From Planctomycetia bacterium (GTDB lineage: Bacteria > Planctomycetota > Phycisphaerae > Phycisphaerales > SM1A02), in contig SXUJ01000118.1 of NCBI GenBank assembly GCA_005790565.1, forward strand, positions 1 through 63,725: DNA of 63,725 bases, read 5' to 3'. This document shows positions 38,322 to 47,226 of this stretch, piece after piece; position 1 is the stretch's first letter, and each line of letters begins with the position of its first letter. The notes below the pieces were generated by a model. That model saw only the letters and a program-made list of their open reading frames with translations. It was not told the DNA's origin and did not search any database. The translations under genes and the position numbers were made by a program.

Positions 38322-40316
38322 ATGACGACTGCCGCCTCACCCATCCACGCTTGCGACCTTGCACGTCCGTCCGCTCGTGCGAGTGCCGCACTCCGGTCGA
38401 GACCTGGCGAGAAGCACGCAACGGCGATTGAGGATGGCGTCGCCCGAGTTGCGGCGCGATGGGGGTTGGCCGACGGCGACGAGGACGCGTTCGAGGCTTT
38501 CTGCGTCGGGCACTTCGTCCCCGAATGCCGCGAGCGCACCCGCCTTCTCGTGCGTTTAGAGCGTGCGATGGAGCAAATCGGCGGACATCTCTACGAAATG
38601 CGACGCACGCTCCGCCGACATCACGACCTTCGCGGCGATGAGTTCCCGGGCGTCGATGACCTCCTCGCGCAGTTTGATCCGGCGCCAGACCTCTCCGAGC
38701 AACTCTATAAACAGAAGATCGCGCATCTGGCGCTTCTGAACTTCGAGCCGTCGACGCTTGATCAGATGCTCGCAATGGGATCGAAGTGGAGCGAGGAGGA
38801 GTGGGTCGCTGCGCGAGTGGCACAGGGGTTTGGTCCACGAATCCCCGCGGAGCTTTCTGATCGAGCGCGCAAGGTCTCCTTTGAAGCGGGTCGGTTCGTC
38901 AGCCACTTCCACATTCCAGTTGGATGCATGGTGGACGCCACTGGCAAGCGCTGGTTTGAAGCTGATCGCAAGCTCCTCGCGCACTGGCTCGTTCGCGAAG
39001 AAATCAAGGCTGGTTACGGAGATCCGGACGGACTCGCGAAACAACGCGCCTTGAGCTGGGTCATGGCCCGCCACATCGACGGTTCCATCCCGAAGTCGGT
39101 GATGCACCCAGCGCATGGGGAACCTCAACTGGGCAACTGGGATCCTCATTCCAACACACTCTCCGGTGAGATTGCGACCGACACGATCGGCTTGGAACGA
39201 TACGAGCGATGGATCGCGAACTTTCACCTGGCGCAAGCATTTGACGCCCACTATCCGCTGTATCCAACCGCAATCGCACGCAAGTTTGGACTCGAGCGCG
39301 AGATGCCGGAAGCCGAGGTCGAAGCACTTCTGATTGGTCTGCTCGAGAGCCCTGTTCGGGTGCAACTCGCGCAGTTCCTCACGAAGAGACTTGGCCGCGC
39401 ACTCGAGCCGTTCGACATTTATTTCGAAGACATCATCGAAGCAACGCCAGCGACGGAGATGAATGCCGCAGTACGGCGCATGTTCGCCAACGGCAATGCC
39501 TTCGAGGAGAAGTTGCCCGAAGTCTTGCGCGGGTTGGGATTCAGCGACGAAGACGCGCTTCAACTTGGGCGACGCATTCGCGTGGAAATCGCGAAGGGCT
39601 CGGGACACGCGATGCGACCGGCGCTCAGTGGTTACGACGCGTGGCTTCGCACCTCCAGCCTCGACACGGAACTTGGCTGGGACGGATTCGACACGGCGAT
39701 GCATGAGCTCGGGCATAACCTTGAGCAACTCTGTTCCAACACCTTTGTCGCACGACCAGCACTCCGCGGCGTTCCCAACACTGCCTGTACCGAGGCATTC
39801 GCCTTCCTCTATCAATCTCTCGCCAAACGAGTGCTCGGCCTTGAAGACGATGCCGTCGCCGCGCGGCAGTTTGCCGTTGACTCTGTCGCGACGATGCTCG
39901 CCGCGTGCCAAATCGCCGGACCGAGCCTTCTCGAGCTCTATACCTGGCGATGGCTCTACGCGAACCCCCACGCGTCTGCGGAGTCACTGCGAACCGAAGT
40001 CCTTCGCATCGCGCAAGATCTCTGGACTCGCTTCTACGCACGCGACTTTGGCGCAGATCCATACAACATTCTCGCGGCGTACCAGCACATGATCGGGCAC
40101 CCGCTCTATCTGCCCGACTACGCGATTGGCCATGTCATGAGCCACCAGATTCGCTCCTCCCTCCGTGGCAAGGACCTCGCGACTGAGACGAAACGCATCA
40201 CTTCCATCGGCTCGCTGACGCCTGATCGGTGGATGCACCTCGCGGTTGGGACGGGGACCTCCTCCGCGCCACTGGCGAAAGATGCGGCGGACGGACTCGC
40301 TCTCTTGCAGTCGTGA
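38322..40316 (+). CDS. HExxH zinc metallopeptidase (M3/M2-like gluzincin)
   Basis: 664-aa ORF containing the TAMHELGHNLEQ motif. Its composition looks coding throughout. Family assignment is not resolved by eye. Confidence 0.7.
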   Translation: MTTAASPIHACDLARPSARASAALRSRPGEKHATAIEDGVARVAARWGLADGDEDAFEAFCVGHFVPECRERTRLLVRLERAMEQIGGHLYEMRRTLRRHHDLRGDEFPGVDDLLAQFDPAPDLSEQLYKQKIAHLALLNFEPSTLDQMLAMGSKWSEEEWVAARVAQGFGPRIPAELSDRARKVSFEAGRFVSHFHIPVGCMVDATGKRWFEADRKLLAHWLVREEIKAGYGDPDGLAKQRALSWVMARHIDGSIPKSVMHPAHGEPQLGNWDPHSNTLSGEIATDTIGLERYERWIANFHLAQAFDAHYPLYPTAIARKFGLEREMPEAEVEALLIGLLESPVRVQLAQFLTKRLGRALEPFDIYFEDIIEATPATEMNAAVRRMFANGNAFEEKLPEVLRGLGFSDEDALQLGRRIRVEIAKGSGHAMRPALSGYDAWLRTSSLDTELGWDGFDTAMHELGHNLEQLCSNTFVARPALRGVPNTACTEAFAFLYQSLAKRVLGLEDDAVAARQFAVDSVATMLAACQIAGPSLLELYTWRWLYANPHASAESLRTEVLRIAQDLWTRFYARDFGADPYNILAAYQHMIGHPLYLPDYAIGHVMSHQIRSSLRGKDLATETKRITSIGSLTPDRWMHLAVGTGTSSAPLAKDAADGLALLQS

Positions 40317-40340
40317 CGCGGTGCAACGAAGCGGTAGAAG

Positions 40341-40691
40341 TTACGGGAGCAGGAAGTAGATCGAGAGGATCTCTTGCTCGTGTAGGCACTCGACTCGCTG
40401 CGGGCCTGTGTAAGCCAACATGACTTGCGCGATCGTCCTGAGGTGCGTGAGCAGAAAGACCACGGCAAGCGCAAGCGTGAACGCTCCGAACGCGAGCCCC
40501 GCCCCCACCCAACTCAAAAAGCTAAAGAAGTACAGAGGGTTCCGCGTCATGGCGTATGGGCCGACGCAAACGAGCACGCTGCTCTTCTTCGCGGAAAGGA
40601 ACGCGGCGATCAGCCGAGGGCGGAAGAGCCGCCCGCGAGGCAGGACGAACGAGAGTTCGCGCGCCGATTCAGTGGTGATGGTTTCCGGCAT
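40341..40691 (-). CDS. ICMT/PEMT-family methyltransferase C-terminal fragment (possible remnant)
   Basis: VCVGPYAMTRNPLYFFSFLSWVGAGLAFG matches the GPYxxxRNPxY motif. The N-terminal TM helices expected for this family are absent, and the longer ORF start at 40763 would overlap iscA. Confidence 0.4.
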   Translation of the reverse strand: MPETITTESARELSFVLPRGRLFRPRLIAAFLSAKKSSVLVCVGPYAMTRNPLYFFSFLSWVGAGLAFGAFTLALAVVFLLTHLRTIAQVMLAYTGPQRVECLHEQEILSIYFLLP

Positions 40692-40732
40692 GGGCGCATG
40701 CGACGCCCTCGAGCACGATCCGAAGCCGCAGA

Positions 40733-41146
40733 TCACGCGCTGAAACTTGATCCACAACCGCAACTCGAAGTCGCATTCGGATTACTGAAGATAAATCCGC
40801 GACCCATGATCTCGTCCTTGAAGTCGACCGTCGTGCCGTTGAGGTAGAGGTAGCTCTTGGGATCGCAAATCACCGTCACGGTGAACTGCGCGGATGGCTC
40901 GGCCACCGCCACGCCGCCGGAATTCGCCGCCGAACTCGCAGCAGATGCCGCCCGCCGAGTAAAGGTGTAGCTCCAAGCCTCATCCGTTTCCTTTTTCGCC
41001 TCAGTGAGGTCGAGAAGATAGGAAAAGCCCGAGCAGCCGCCGCCCTTGACGCCAACCCGAAGGCAGACGGTCGCTGGGTCGAGGCCCTGCTGAGCAATGA
41101 TGGCATCGATTTCGCGCCCCGCTGTTTCTGTGACAATGACTGGCAT
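40733..41146 (-). CDS. iscA: HesB/IscA-family iron-sulfur cluster insertion protein
   Basis: LRVGVKGGGCSGFSYLL ... FSNPNATSSCGCGSSFS has the three conserved Cys. It contains a low-complexity insertion, RRAASAASSAANSGGVAVAEPS. Confidence 0.88.
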   Translation of the reverse strand: MPVIVTETAGREIDAIIAQQGLDPATVCLRVGVKGGGCSGFSYLLDLTEAKKETDEAWSYTFTRRAASAASSAANSGGVAVAEPSAQFTVTVICDPKSYLYLNGTTVDFKDEIMGRGFIFSNPNATSSCGCGSSFSA

Positions 41147-41176
41147 GGAGGGTCCTTAGAGGAGTGACAGAGTAGG

Positions 41177-41611
41177 TTAGCGCGCGGCCGCGTCAGATTC
41201 CGCCTTCGCCGCTGCAATCCCGTTCTTCTTCTGGAAGTCGGCAATCGCGCTTCGAATCGAGTCCTCAGCAAGGACGGAGCAGTGAATCTTCACAGGGGGC
41301 AGGCTCAACTCTTCTACGATTTGGGTGTTCCGAATCGTGAGTGCCTCATCAATGGTGCGGCCCTTGATCCACTCAGTCGCCAGGGACGAACTCGCGATCG
41401 CCGATCCACAGCCGAAGCACTTGAACTTCGCGTCCTCAATGACTCCCTCGTCAGAAATGCGCAATTGAAGTTGCATCACATCGCCACACTCAGGAGCGCC
41501 AACGATGCCCACACCGATATCGCGACGAGCGGCGACATCCTTGGAAGTGCCGAAGCTACCCACATTGCGGGGATGCTGGTAATGGTCAATGACCTTTTCG
41601 CTGTAGGCCAT
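41177..41611 (-). CDS. iscU: Fe-S cluster assembly scaffold IscU
   Basis: MAYSEKVIDHYQHPRNVGSF ... GAPECGDVMQLQL ... FKCFGCGSAIASSS ... LPPVKIHCSVLAED. Confidence 0.95.
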   Translation of the reverse strand: MAYSEKVIDHYQHPRNVGSFGTSKDVAARRDIGVGIVGAPECGDVMQLQLRISDEGVIEDAKFKCFGCGSAIASSSLATEWIKGRTIDEALTIRNTQIVEELSLPPVKIHCSVLAEDSIRSAIADFQKKNGIAAAKAESDAAAR

Positions 41612-41681
41612 GGGAGTGTCCTCTTCGAGAGTTTAAGAACTTTGGAATCAATCGAGAATCAACACGCAGGAGTGGACTGGG

Positions 41682-42920
41682 CTAGTGGGACTGCCACTCA
41701 ATCTTCGAGACATCGATCCCTTCCTTGAAGAGATCCCAGAGTGGCGAAAGTGCGCGCAAGTGCTGCACACTCTTTTCAATCGCTTGGATCGCGTAGTCAA
41801 TCTCCGCCTCAGTGGTCCATCGACCAATGGAAAGGCGCAGCGATGAATGGGCGAGTTCGTCGCCAATGCCGAGATTCTTCAGCACATAGCTCGGCTCAAG
41901 GCTCGCCGAGGTGCAGGCCGATCCACTTGAGCAGGCGATTTCCTTGATGCCCATCAGGAGCGATTCACCTTCGACATAACCGAAAGAAATATTCGCGATG
42001 TGTGGAACGCGGCGATCGGCGTGGCCATTCACCTGCACGACTTCAAGTCGTGACAAGAGTTCCCGTTCGAGCTTCTGCTTGAGGCTATAGAGCCGTTCGC
42101 GATCCGCATCCATTCCCTCTCGGCAAAGCTCGCAGGCCTTCCCAAACCCGACGACTCCAGTGACATTCAGCGTTCCGGATCGCATGCCGCGTTCGTGCCC
42201 GCCCCCGTCGATGATCGCTTCAAGGCGCACGCGCGGACTACGGCGACGAACGAAGAGCGCGCCAACACCCTTTGGGCCATAGATCTTGTGGCTGGACCAG
42301 CTCATCAAATCGATGCAGTCGCGTTCAACATCGGTTGGCATCTTGCCAACCCACTGGGTGGCGTCGGTGTGAAAGATGATCCCCTTCTCGTGGCAGAGCT
42401 TGCCGATTTCAGGCACTTCGTTGATCGTGCCGATCTCGTTGTTTACCCACATGATCGAGACGAGAATCGTGTCTGGACGAAGTGCATCCGCGATCATCTG
42501 CCGCGTGATGACGCCGTCGGCGGGCGGCGTGATCCAGGTGATGTCAAAGCCTTCGCGCTCGAGGCGCTTGCAGGGATCGAGCACGGCCTTGTGTTCGATC
42601 ACGCAGGTGATGATGTGGCCACGGTTCTTGGTTCCCTCTGGCCCCTTCGCGTACATCCGCGCGGCGCCTTTGATCGCGAGGTTGTTCGACTCGGTCGAAC
42701 CGCTCGTCCAAATGACCTCTTTGCTCGACGCGCCAATGAGTGTTGCGGCTTGTTCGCGTGCGGTCTCGACCCCGTCCTCGGCGTCCCAACCAAAGACATG
42801 GTTCCGGCTCGCGGCGTTCCCGAATTTCTCGGTGAAGTAGGGCAGCATTGCCTCCACCACACGAGGGTCGGTCCGCGTCGTCGCCGCGTTGTCCATATAG
42901 ATCGGGAGCTTCAGAGCCAT
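41682..42920 (-). CDS. iscS: Cysteine desulfurase IscS/NifS
   Basis: IYMDNAATT ... FTSGSTESNN ... SSHKIYGPKGVGALF ... ACSSGSACTSASLEPSYVL. Confidence 0.95.
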   Translation of the reverse strand: MALKLPIYMDNAATTRTDPRVVEAMLPYFTEKFGNAASRNHVFGWDAEDGVETAREQAATLIGASSKEVIWTSGSTESNNLAIKGAARMYAKGPEGTKNRGHIITCVIEHKAVLDPCKRLEREGFDITWITPPADGVITRQMIADALRPDTILVSIMWVNNEIGTINEVPEIGKLCHEKGIIFHTDATQWVGKMPTDVERDCIDLMSWSSHKIYGPKGVGALFVRRRSPRVRLEAIIDGGGHERGMRSGTLNVTGVVGFGKACELCREGMDADRERLYSLKQKLERELLSRLEVVQVNGHADRRVPHIANISFGYVEGESLLMGIKEIACSSGSACTSASLEPSYVLKNLGIGDELAHSSLRLSIGRWTTEAEIDYAIQAIEKSVQHLRALSPLWDLFKEGIDVSKIEWQSH

Positions 42921-43065
42921 ATCGTTGACCGTAAGAGGAATCGGAGTATCAGTTGAGACTGAGTCGCATCATAGGCGATCATCGATGGTGATTACAGCCA
43001 GATCGTCAGGAATTCACTCTTCCTCGCGTCACGAAAGCGATCCCGCGATTCATACACTTGCGGCG

Positions 43066-43965
43066 ATGATTCAGATCGAGTGCCCCGAAAACCTCCCTCC
43101 CTTCGCCGGGTGCGCGTTTGTTCCGACCATGGGTGCTCTGCACGCGGGCCACGCGTCTCTGGTCAAACAAGCGAGCGAGTCGGGCAAGCCAGTCGTAGTC
43201 AGCATTTTCGTCAACCCAACCCAGTTCTCACCGAGCGAAGACCTCGCCCGCTATCCCCGCACACTCGACGCGGATCTCGCACTCTTAGCGTCGCTGGGCG
43301 TTGCCGCTGCGTATTGCCCCACCGTGGCGGCTCTCTATCCGGAAGGCCTTGAGGCGAGCGAAAAGATCGCGCGCGAACTTCAACTTCCAGCGGTTGCCAC
43401 CGATCCACAACTGGAGGATCGTTGCAGACCGCACCACCTCGCCGGGGTGGCGCTTGTCGTGGGAAGACTCTTCGATCAGGTTCGCCCGAGTTGCGCGTAC
43501 TTTGGCGAAAAGGACTACCAGCAGTTGCGATTGGTGGAAGACCTCGTCGCGCATTCCGCTGATCGATTTCCTGCACTACGCGTGATTCGTTGCCCAACGG
43601 TACGGGAGAGCGATGGGCTTGCGATGTCGAGCCGAAACCGGTTTCTCTCCGCGGCGGACCGAGCCGCAGCGCTTTCCCTTTCGCGAGGACTGCAAGCAAC
43701 GCACATGGCCTTTCGTCCCGCGGATGCAGAACGGATGATGCAGGACGAACTCACCAGGCACGGCCTGTCGATCGAATACGCCGTCGTTCGTGATGCGCGC
43801 ACGCTCCTTCCAGCGGCGACATTTGATGCGCCCACTCGTGCGCTGATCGCTGCGCGAATCGGCAGCGTGCGATTGATTGATAATGTGGCGTTTCCTGCAC
43901 GGGACCCAACCAAGTCGAAGTGCCCATTTGCGGCACTTTTCGGATTTGGGACACCGAGTGGGTAA
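43066..43965 (+). CDS. panC: Pantoate--beta-alanine ligase
   Basis: [16 protein letters not shown] ... [10 protein letters not shown] ... FGEKDYQQL ... [12 protein letters not shown]. The start was set at the ATG at 43066. Confidence 0.92.
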   Translation: MIQIECPENLPPFAGCAFVPTMGALHAGHASLVKQASESGKPVVVSIFVNPTQFSPSEDLARYPRTLDADLALLASLGVAAAYCPTVAALYPEGLEASEKIARELQLPAVATDPQLEDRCRPHHLAGVALVVGRLFDQVRPSCAYFGEKDYQQLRLVEDLVAHSADRFPALRVIRCPTVRESDGLAMSSRNRFLSAADRAAALSLSRGLQATHMAFRPADAERMMQDELTRHGLSIEYAVVRDARTLLPAATFDAPTRALIAARIGSVRLIDNVAFPARDPTKSKCPFAALFGFGTPSG

Positions 43966-44032
43966 ACTCTCATTCGTTCGCGCGTTCCATCGCGCAAGGG
44001 CAATGGCCAACCCATCGTTTGAGGTACACCTT

Positions 44033-45274
44033 ATGTCGACGACTCGCTCCCTATCGACGCTCGTGCTCGCCGCCGCCCTTCTCGCGGCATGGCCGACTCT
44101 TTCGGCGCAAGCACGCCCCACTCCCGTGCCACCAAACGACGCGAGCACTCCCAGAAAAGATTCTCCATCGAAGTCACCAAGGGGCGCAGCCGATCGTGCG
44201 ACGAAAGAAGCGGCGCGCGAGCGCGCGAAGTGGAATCTGAAACTGGACAAAGCCGATCGTGCGGAGTGCGATAAGGGTCTCAACTTTGCCGCCCCAGCCA
44301 TTCCTGAATCTTGCGAGAGACTCGCAGGCGCCCCGGCGTCGATGCAAGATCTTCGCGGCAAGGTCGTGGTCCTCCAAACCTTCAACGCCAAGACCGCAGC
44401 AGGTATGAATGCGCTGAAGAAGTCCGCCGATGCCTTGCAGGCTGCGCACCTGAGCGAGGTCGTATTCATCGGTGTGCAGATTCCAGAGGGCGCCGACATT
44501 GCCCAGAAGTTGCTCGAGCGGGCGAACATCAAGACTCCGTGCATCCTCGATGCGAGTGGGGAGTTCTGCAACGCTCTCGGCGCATTCAAGGCTCCCGTCA
44601 ACTTCGTGATCGACCGTCAGGGCGACATGAAGTACGCAGGGCTCACGCCCGACGGGCTCGTCGGTCTTTCGAAGGAACTTCTCGCGAAGGCGTATGAGGA
44701 CACCGTGCCATCCACCGATCGTCCGAAGGTCACGGAGTCGGCACCTGACTTCCCCACTTTCAACAATCGATTCGAAGGGGCCGCAGATTTGCGCGGCAAG
44801 GAAGGGCCAGCGTTCAAGGTCGACCAATGGTGGAACGGGCAGCCCGATCCAACCAATAAGCTCATTGTCATTGACTTCTGGGCGACTTGGTGTCCGCCGT
44901 GCCGCGCGGCGATCCCGCACATGAATGACCTCGCGAAGGCCTATCCCAACGATGTTTGCTGCGTGGGCGTCACGAACGAGAGTTCCGCCGCGTTCGACAA
45001 GGGTGTGCTGAAGGAGAACCTCGGCAAGTCGAAGTTCGCATACGCCGTCGCACTCGCGCCTGGACAAGAGATGTACAACTTTTTTAGCGTCCGTTCAATT
45101 CCTCACGCCGTCATCATTTCAAGTGACGGCATGGTGCGCTGGCAAGGTCACCCGATGGAATTGGATGACAACGCAGTGTCGCAGCTGATCACTGCCAATC
45201 GATTGCTGGTGGCGAAAACTTCACTCTCTTCCCCCGCCGCAACTGGCCGCTGGAAACAGAAGGCCGCGACCTAA
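44033..45274 (+). CDS. Secreted TlpA/redoxin-like protein with two thioredoxin-fold halves
   Basis: Signal peptide [27 protein letters not shown]. The second half carries [15 protein letters not shown] (CxxC). The first half has the equivalent position [18 protein letters not shown] with no Cys. Confidence 0.78.
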   Translation: MSTTRSLSTLVLAAALLAAWPTLSAQARPTPVPPNDASTPRKDSPSKSPRGAADRATKEAARERAKWNLKLDKADRAECDKGLNFAAPAIPESCERLAGAPASMQDLRGKVVVLQTFNAKTAAGMNALKKSADALQAAHLSEVVFIGVQIPEGADIAQKLLERANIKTPCILDASGEFCNALGAFKAPVNFVIDRQGDMKYAGLTPDGLVGLSKELLAKAYEDTVPSTDRPKVTESAPDFPTFNNRFEGAADLRGKEGPAFKVDQWWNGQPDPTNKLIVIDFWATWCPPCRAAIPHMNDLAKAYPNDVCCVGVTNESSAAFDKGVLKENLGKSKFAYAVALAPGQEMYNFFSVRSIPHAVIISSDGMVRWQGHPMELDDNAVSQLITANRLLVAKTSLSSPAATGRWKQKAAT

Positions 45275-45290
45275 TCGAGCACGACGCGAT

Positions 45291-46274
45291 TCAGTTCGCG
45301 CGATCGACGACCTTGTCCGCGAGCCCCTCGAGCACTGCGCGAACTTGCAACTGTGGGAGCGCCGCGAGTTCGCGGCGCGCGGAGGCAACGAGCGAGCATG
45401 CGTACTCTCGCGCTCCGCGAACTGCGCCACTCGCAAGGAGCAGCGACTTCAGCGTTTCACCATCGCGAGTCTCGATCGCCCGGAGGATCGCAGCGCGCTC
45501 TCGCGCGCCTTCGCGTTCGAGAAAGAGAATCGTCGGAAGCGTCAGTTTTCCCTTTTCGAGATCACGACCGATGGACTTCCCGACGGTTACCTCGTCGCCG
45601 GTGAGATCAAGCAAGTCATCTTGAATCTGAAACGCGATCCCGAGGTGTTCGCCCACCCGATAGCACGCGGCCACAACTTCCTCCGACGCACCCGAGAGTC
45701 GCGCGCCGATCTCTGCGCACGCGCCAACGAGCACAGCGGTCTTGCGACGAACGATTTCGATGTAAGTCGCTCGATCGAGCGAGACATCGTGTCGACGAGA
45801 GAGTTGCACAAGTTCCCCCTCGCACAGCGCATTCGTGACGGCGCCCAATCGGAGATTCAAGGCGGGATCGCCGACTCTCGAAACGAGATGGAATGCGTTG
45901 GAGATAAGGTAGTCGCCGAGGATGACCGCTGTCTCGTTTCCGCGTAGAGAGTTGACCGTCTGGCAGCGGCGACGAACCGACGCCTCGTCGAGGACATCGT
46001 CGTGGACGAGTGTTGCCATGTGGATCATCTCCACCGTGGCCGCGGCGACGACATGACTCTCGGTCACGATCAGTGCGCCCTGTGTACTTCCCATACCAGT
46101 CAACAGCAAGAGGGTCGGGCGAAGCATCTTGCCGCGGTACCGCTGGGCGTGACAGCACAACTCTTCCACGGCTGGAAATGGACTCCGCAATTGCGCGTCG
46201 AACAGTTGCTCCACGCGCGACAGGCCGTCGGCGAGTCGTTCCTCGATGGTGTTCGTGTCAGCCGCGAATCTCAT
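45291..46274 (-). CDS. Long-chain polyprenyl diphosphate synthase
   Basis: LVHDDVLDEASVRR (first DDxxD) and FQIQDDLLDL (second DDxxD). The ATG at 46274 overlaps the stop of the upstream methyltransferase (ATGA). Confidence 0.9.
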   Translation of the reverse strand: MRFAADTNTIEERLADGLSRVEQLFDAQLRSPFPAVEELCCHAQRYRGKMLRPTLLLLTGMGSTQGALIVTESHVVAAATVEMIHMATLVHDDVLDEASVRRRCQTVNSLRGNETAVILGDYLISNAFHLVSRVGDPALNLRLGAVTNALCEGELVQLSRRHDVSLDRATYIEIVRRKTAVLVGACAEIGARLSGASEEVVAACYRVGEHLGIAFQIQDDLLDLTGDEVTVGKSIGRDLEKGKLTLPTILFLEREGARERAAILRAIETRDGETLKSLLLASGAVRGAREYACSLVASARRELAALPQLQVRAVLEGLADKVVDRAN

Positions 46275-47200
46275 GTGGACAGAATACGCGCCTTCGATTG
46301 CTTCGCGCGATGGTGCGCCTTGACGGCGGACTTCTCTGCAACGATGTACGCAATCCAACCGTTGCATGCCTCACCCTTCATTGTGGGGCGAAACACGCCA
46401 TTCCCGCTTCCCGTCCGCTTGTCCGTCCCTTCCCACCACACGGAGGACTTTGAAAAGCCGGCCTCCGCAAGGAGTTCCTGCAACTCCGCGAGCGACCAGA
46501 GTCGCCAACGATAAGTAAATGCGCGCTTGAGCTCAGAACCGTCAGGGAATCGAAAGTGAATGTGGTTCACTACATGGCTCGTGACGGGGTTGTAGTGGGA
46601 CTGATCCCAGACATAAGTGAAACCGTCGAGATGCCGTTCTTCTTCCTGCTCGCTGTGCGACTCGCTCCCTCCGTACGCATCGCACAACAGGAGACCGCCA
46701 TCTCGGACATTCGCATAGGCGCGCTTGAAGTACGCAAGCAATGCCGCGCGTTCCTTGAAGATGAAGTACGAGAAATTCATGGCGACCAAGACATCCACCG
46801 GTGGAAGGGATGCCGTGAGCACATCCGCGCAGTGCACCGACAGTCGCGCTCGCTCCTCGACTGACAGCGTTGACCAATGCCGCTTCTCCCCCCACGCCAA
46901 GACTGCGGGATCAAGGTCAACGCCGATCGCCGTGTTCCCCTTGCGTCGACGAACCCACGCGCAACTCGCGATGCCAGTTCCGCAAAAATCCTCGCGTAAG
47001 GCCGATGGCAGCGCCTTGCGGCCGGTCTGCTTCCATGCGCGGTCGATGAAATCACACTCCGCCTCGGTGCACTGCACAGAGAGTTCGTAGAGTTCGTGCG
47101 AGTCACTCGTGGAAGCGGTACGCAGCGTGCGCCTTGACTTCGACTTTCGGAGCGGTCGCTTCTTGGGAGGGGAAACGCGGGTTGAATTCGATCTTGCCAT
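46271..47200 (-). CDS. Class I SAM-dependent methyltransferase
   Basis: LREDFCGTGIASCAWV ... AIGVDLDPAVL ... VLVAMNFSYFIF ... GGLLLCD. It has a basic N-terminal region. The start was set at the ATG at 47200. Confidence 0.75.
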   Translation of the reverse strand: MARSNSTRVSPPKKRPLRKSKSRRTLRTASTSDSHELYELSVQCTEAECDFIDRAWKQTGRKALPSALREDFCGTGIASCAWVRRRKGNTAIGVDLDPAVLAWGEKRHWSTLSVEERARLSVHCADVLTASLPPVDVLVAMNFSYFIFKERAALLAYFKRAYANVRDGGLLLCDAYGGSESHSEQEEERHLDGFTYVWDQSHYNPVTSHVVNHIHFRFPDGSELKRAFTYRWRLWSLAELQELLAEAGFSKSSVWWEGTDKRTGSGNGVFRPTMKGEACNGWIAYIVAEKSAVKAHHRAKQSKARILST

Positions 47201-47226
47201 TTGAAGGGCGGGGAGTGTAGTGGCAA

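Noticed and set aside
38556-39971. A 471-aa minus-strand ORF inside the metallopeptidase locus.
   Set aside because: The plus-strand frame carries the HELGH motif and a protein-like composition. The minus-strand frame is Arg-rich and low in complexity.
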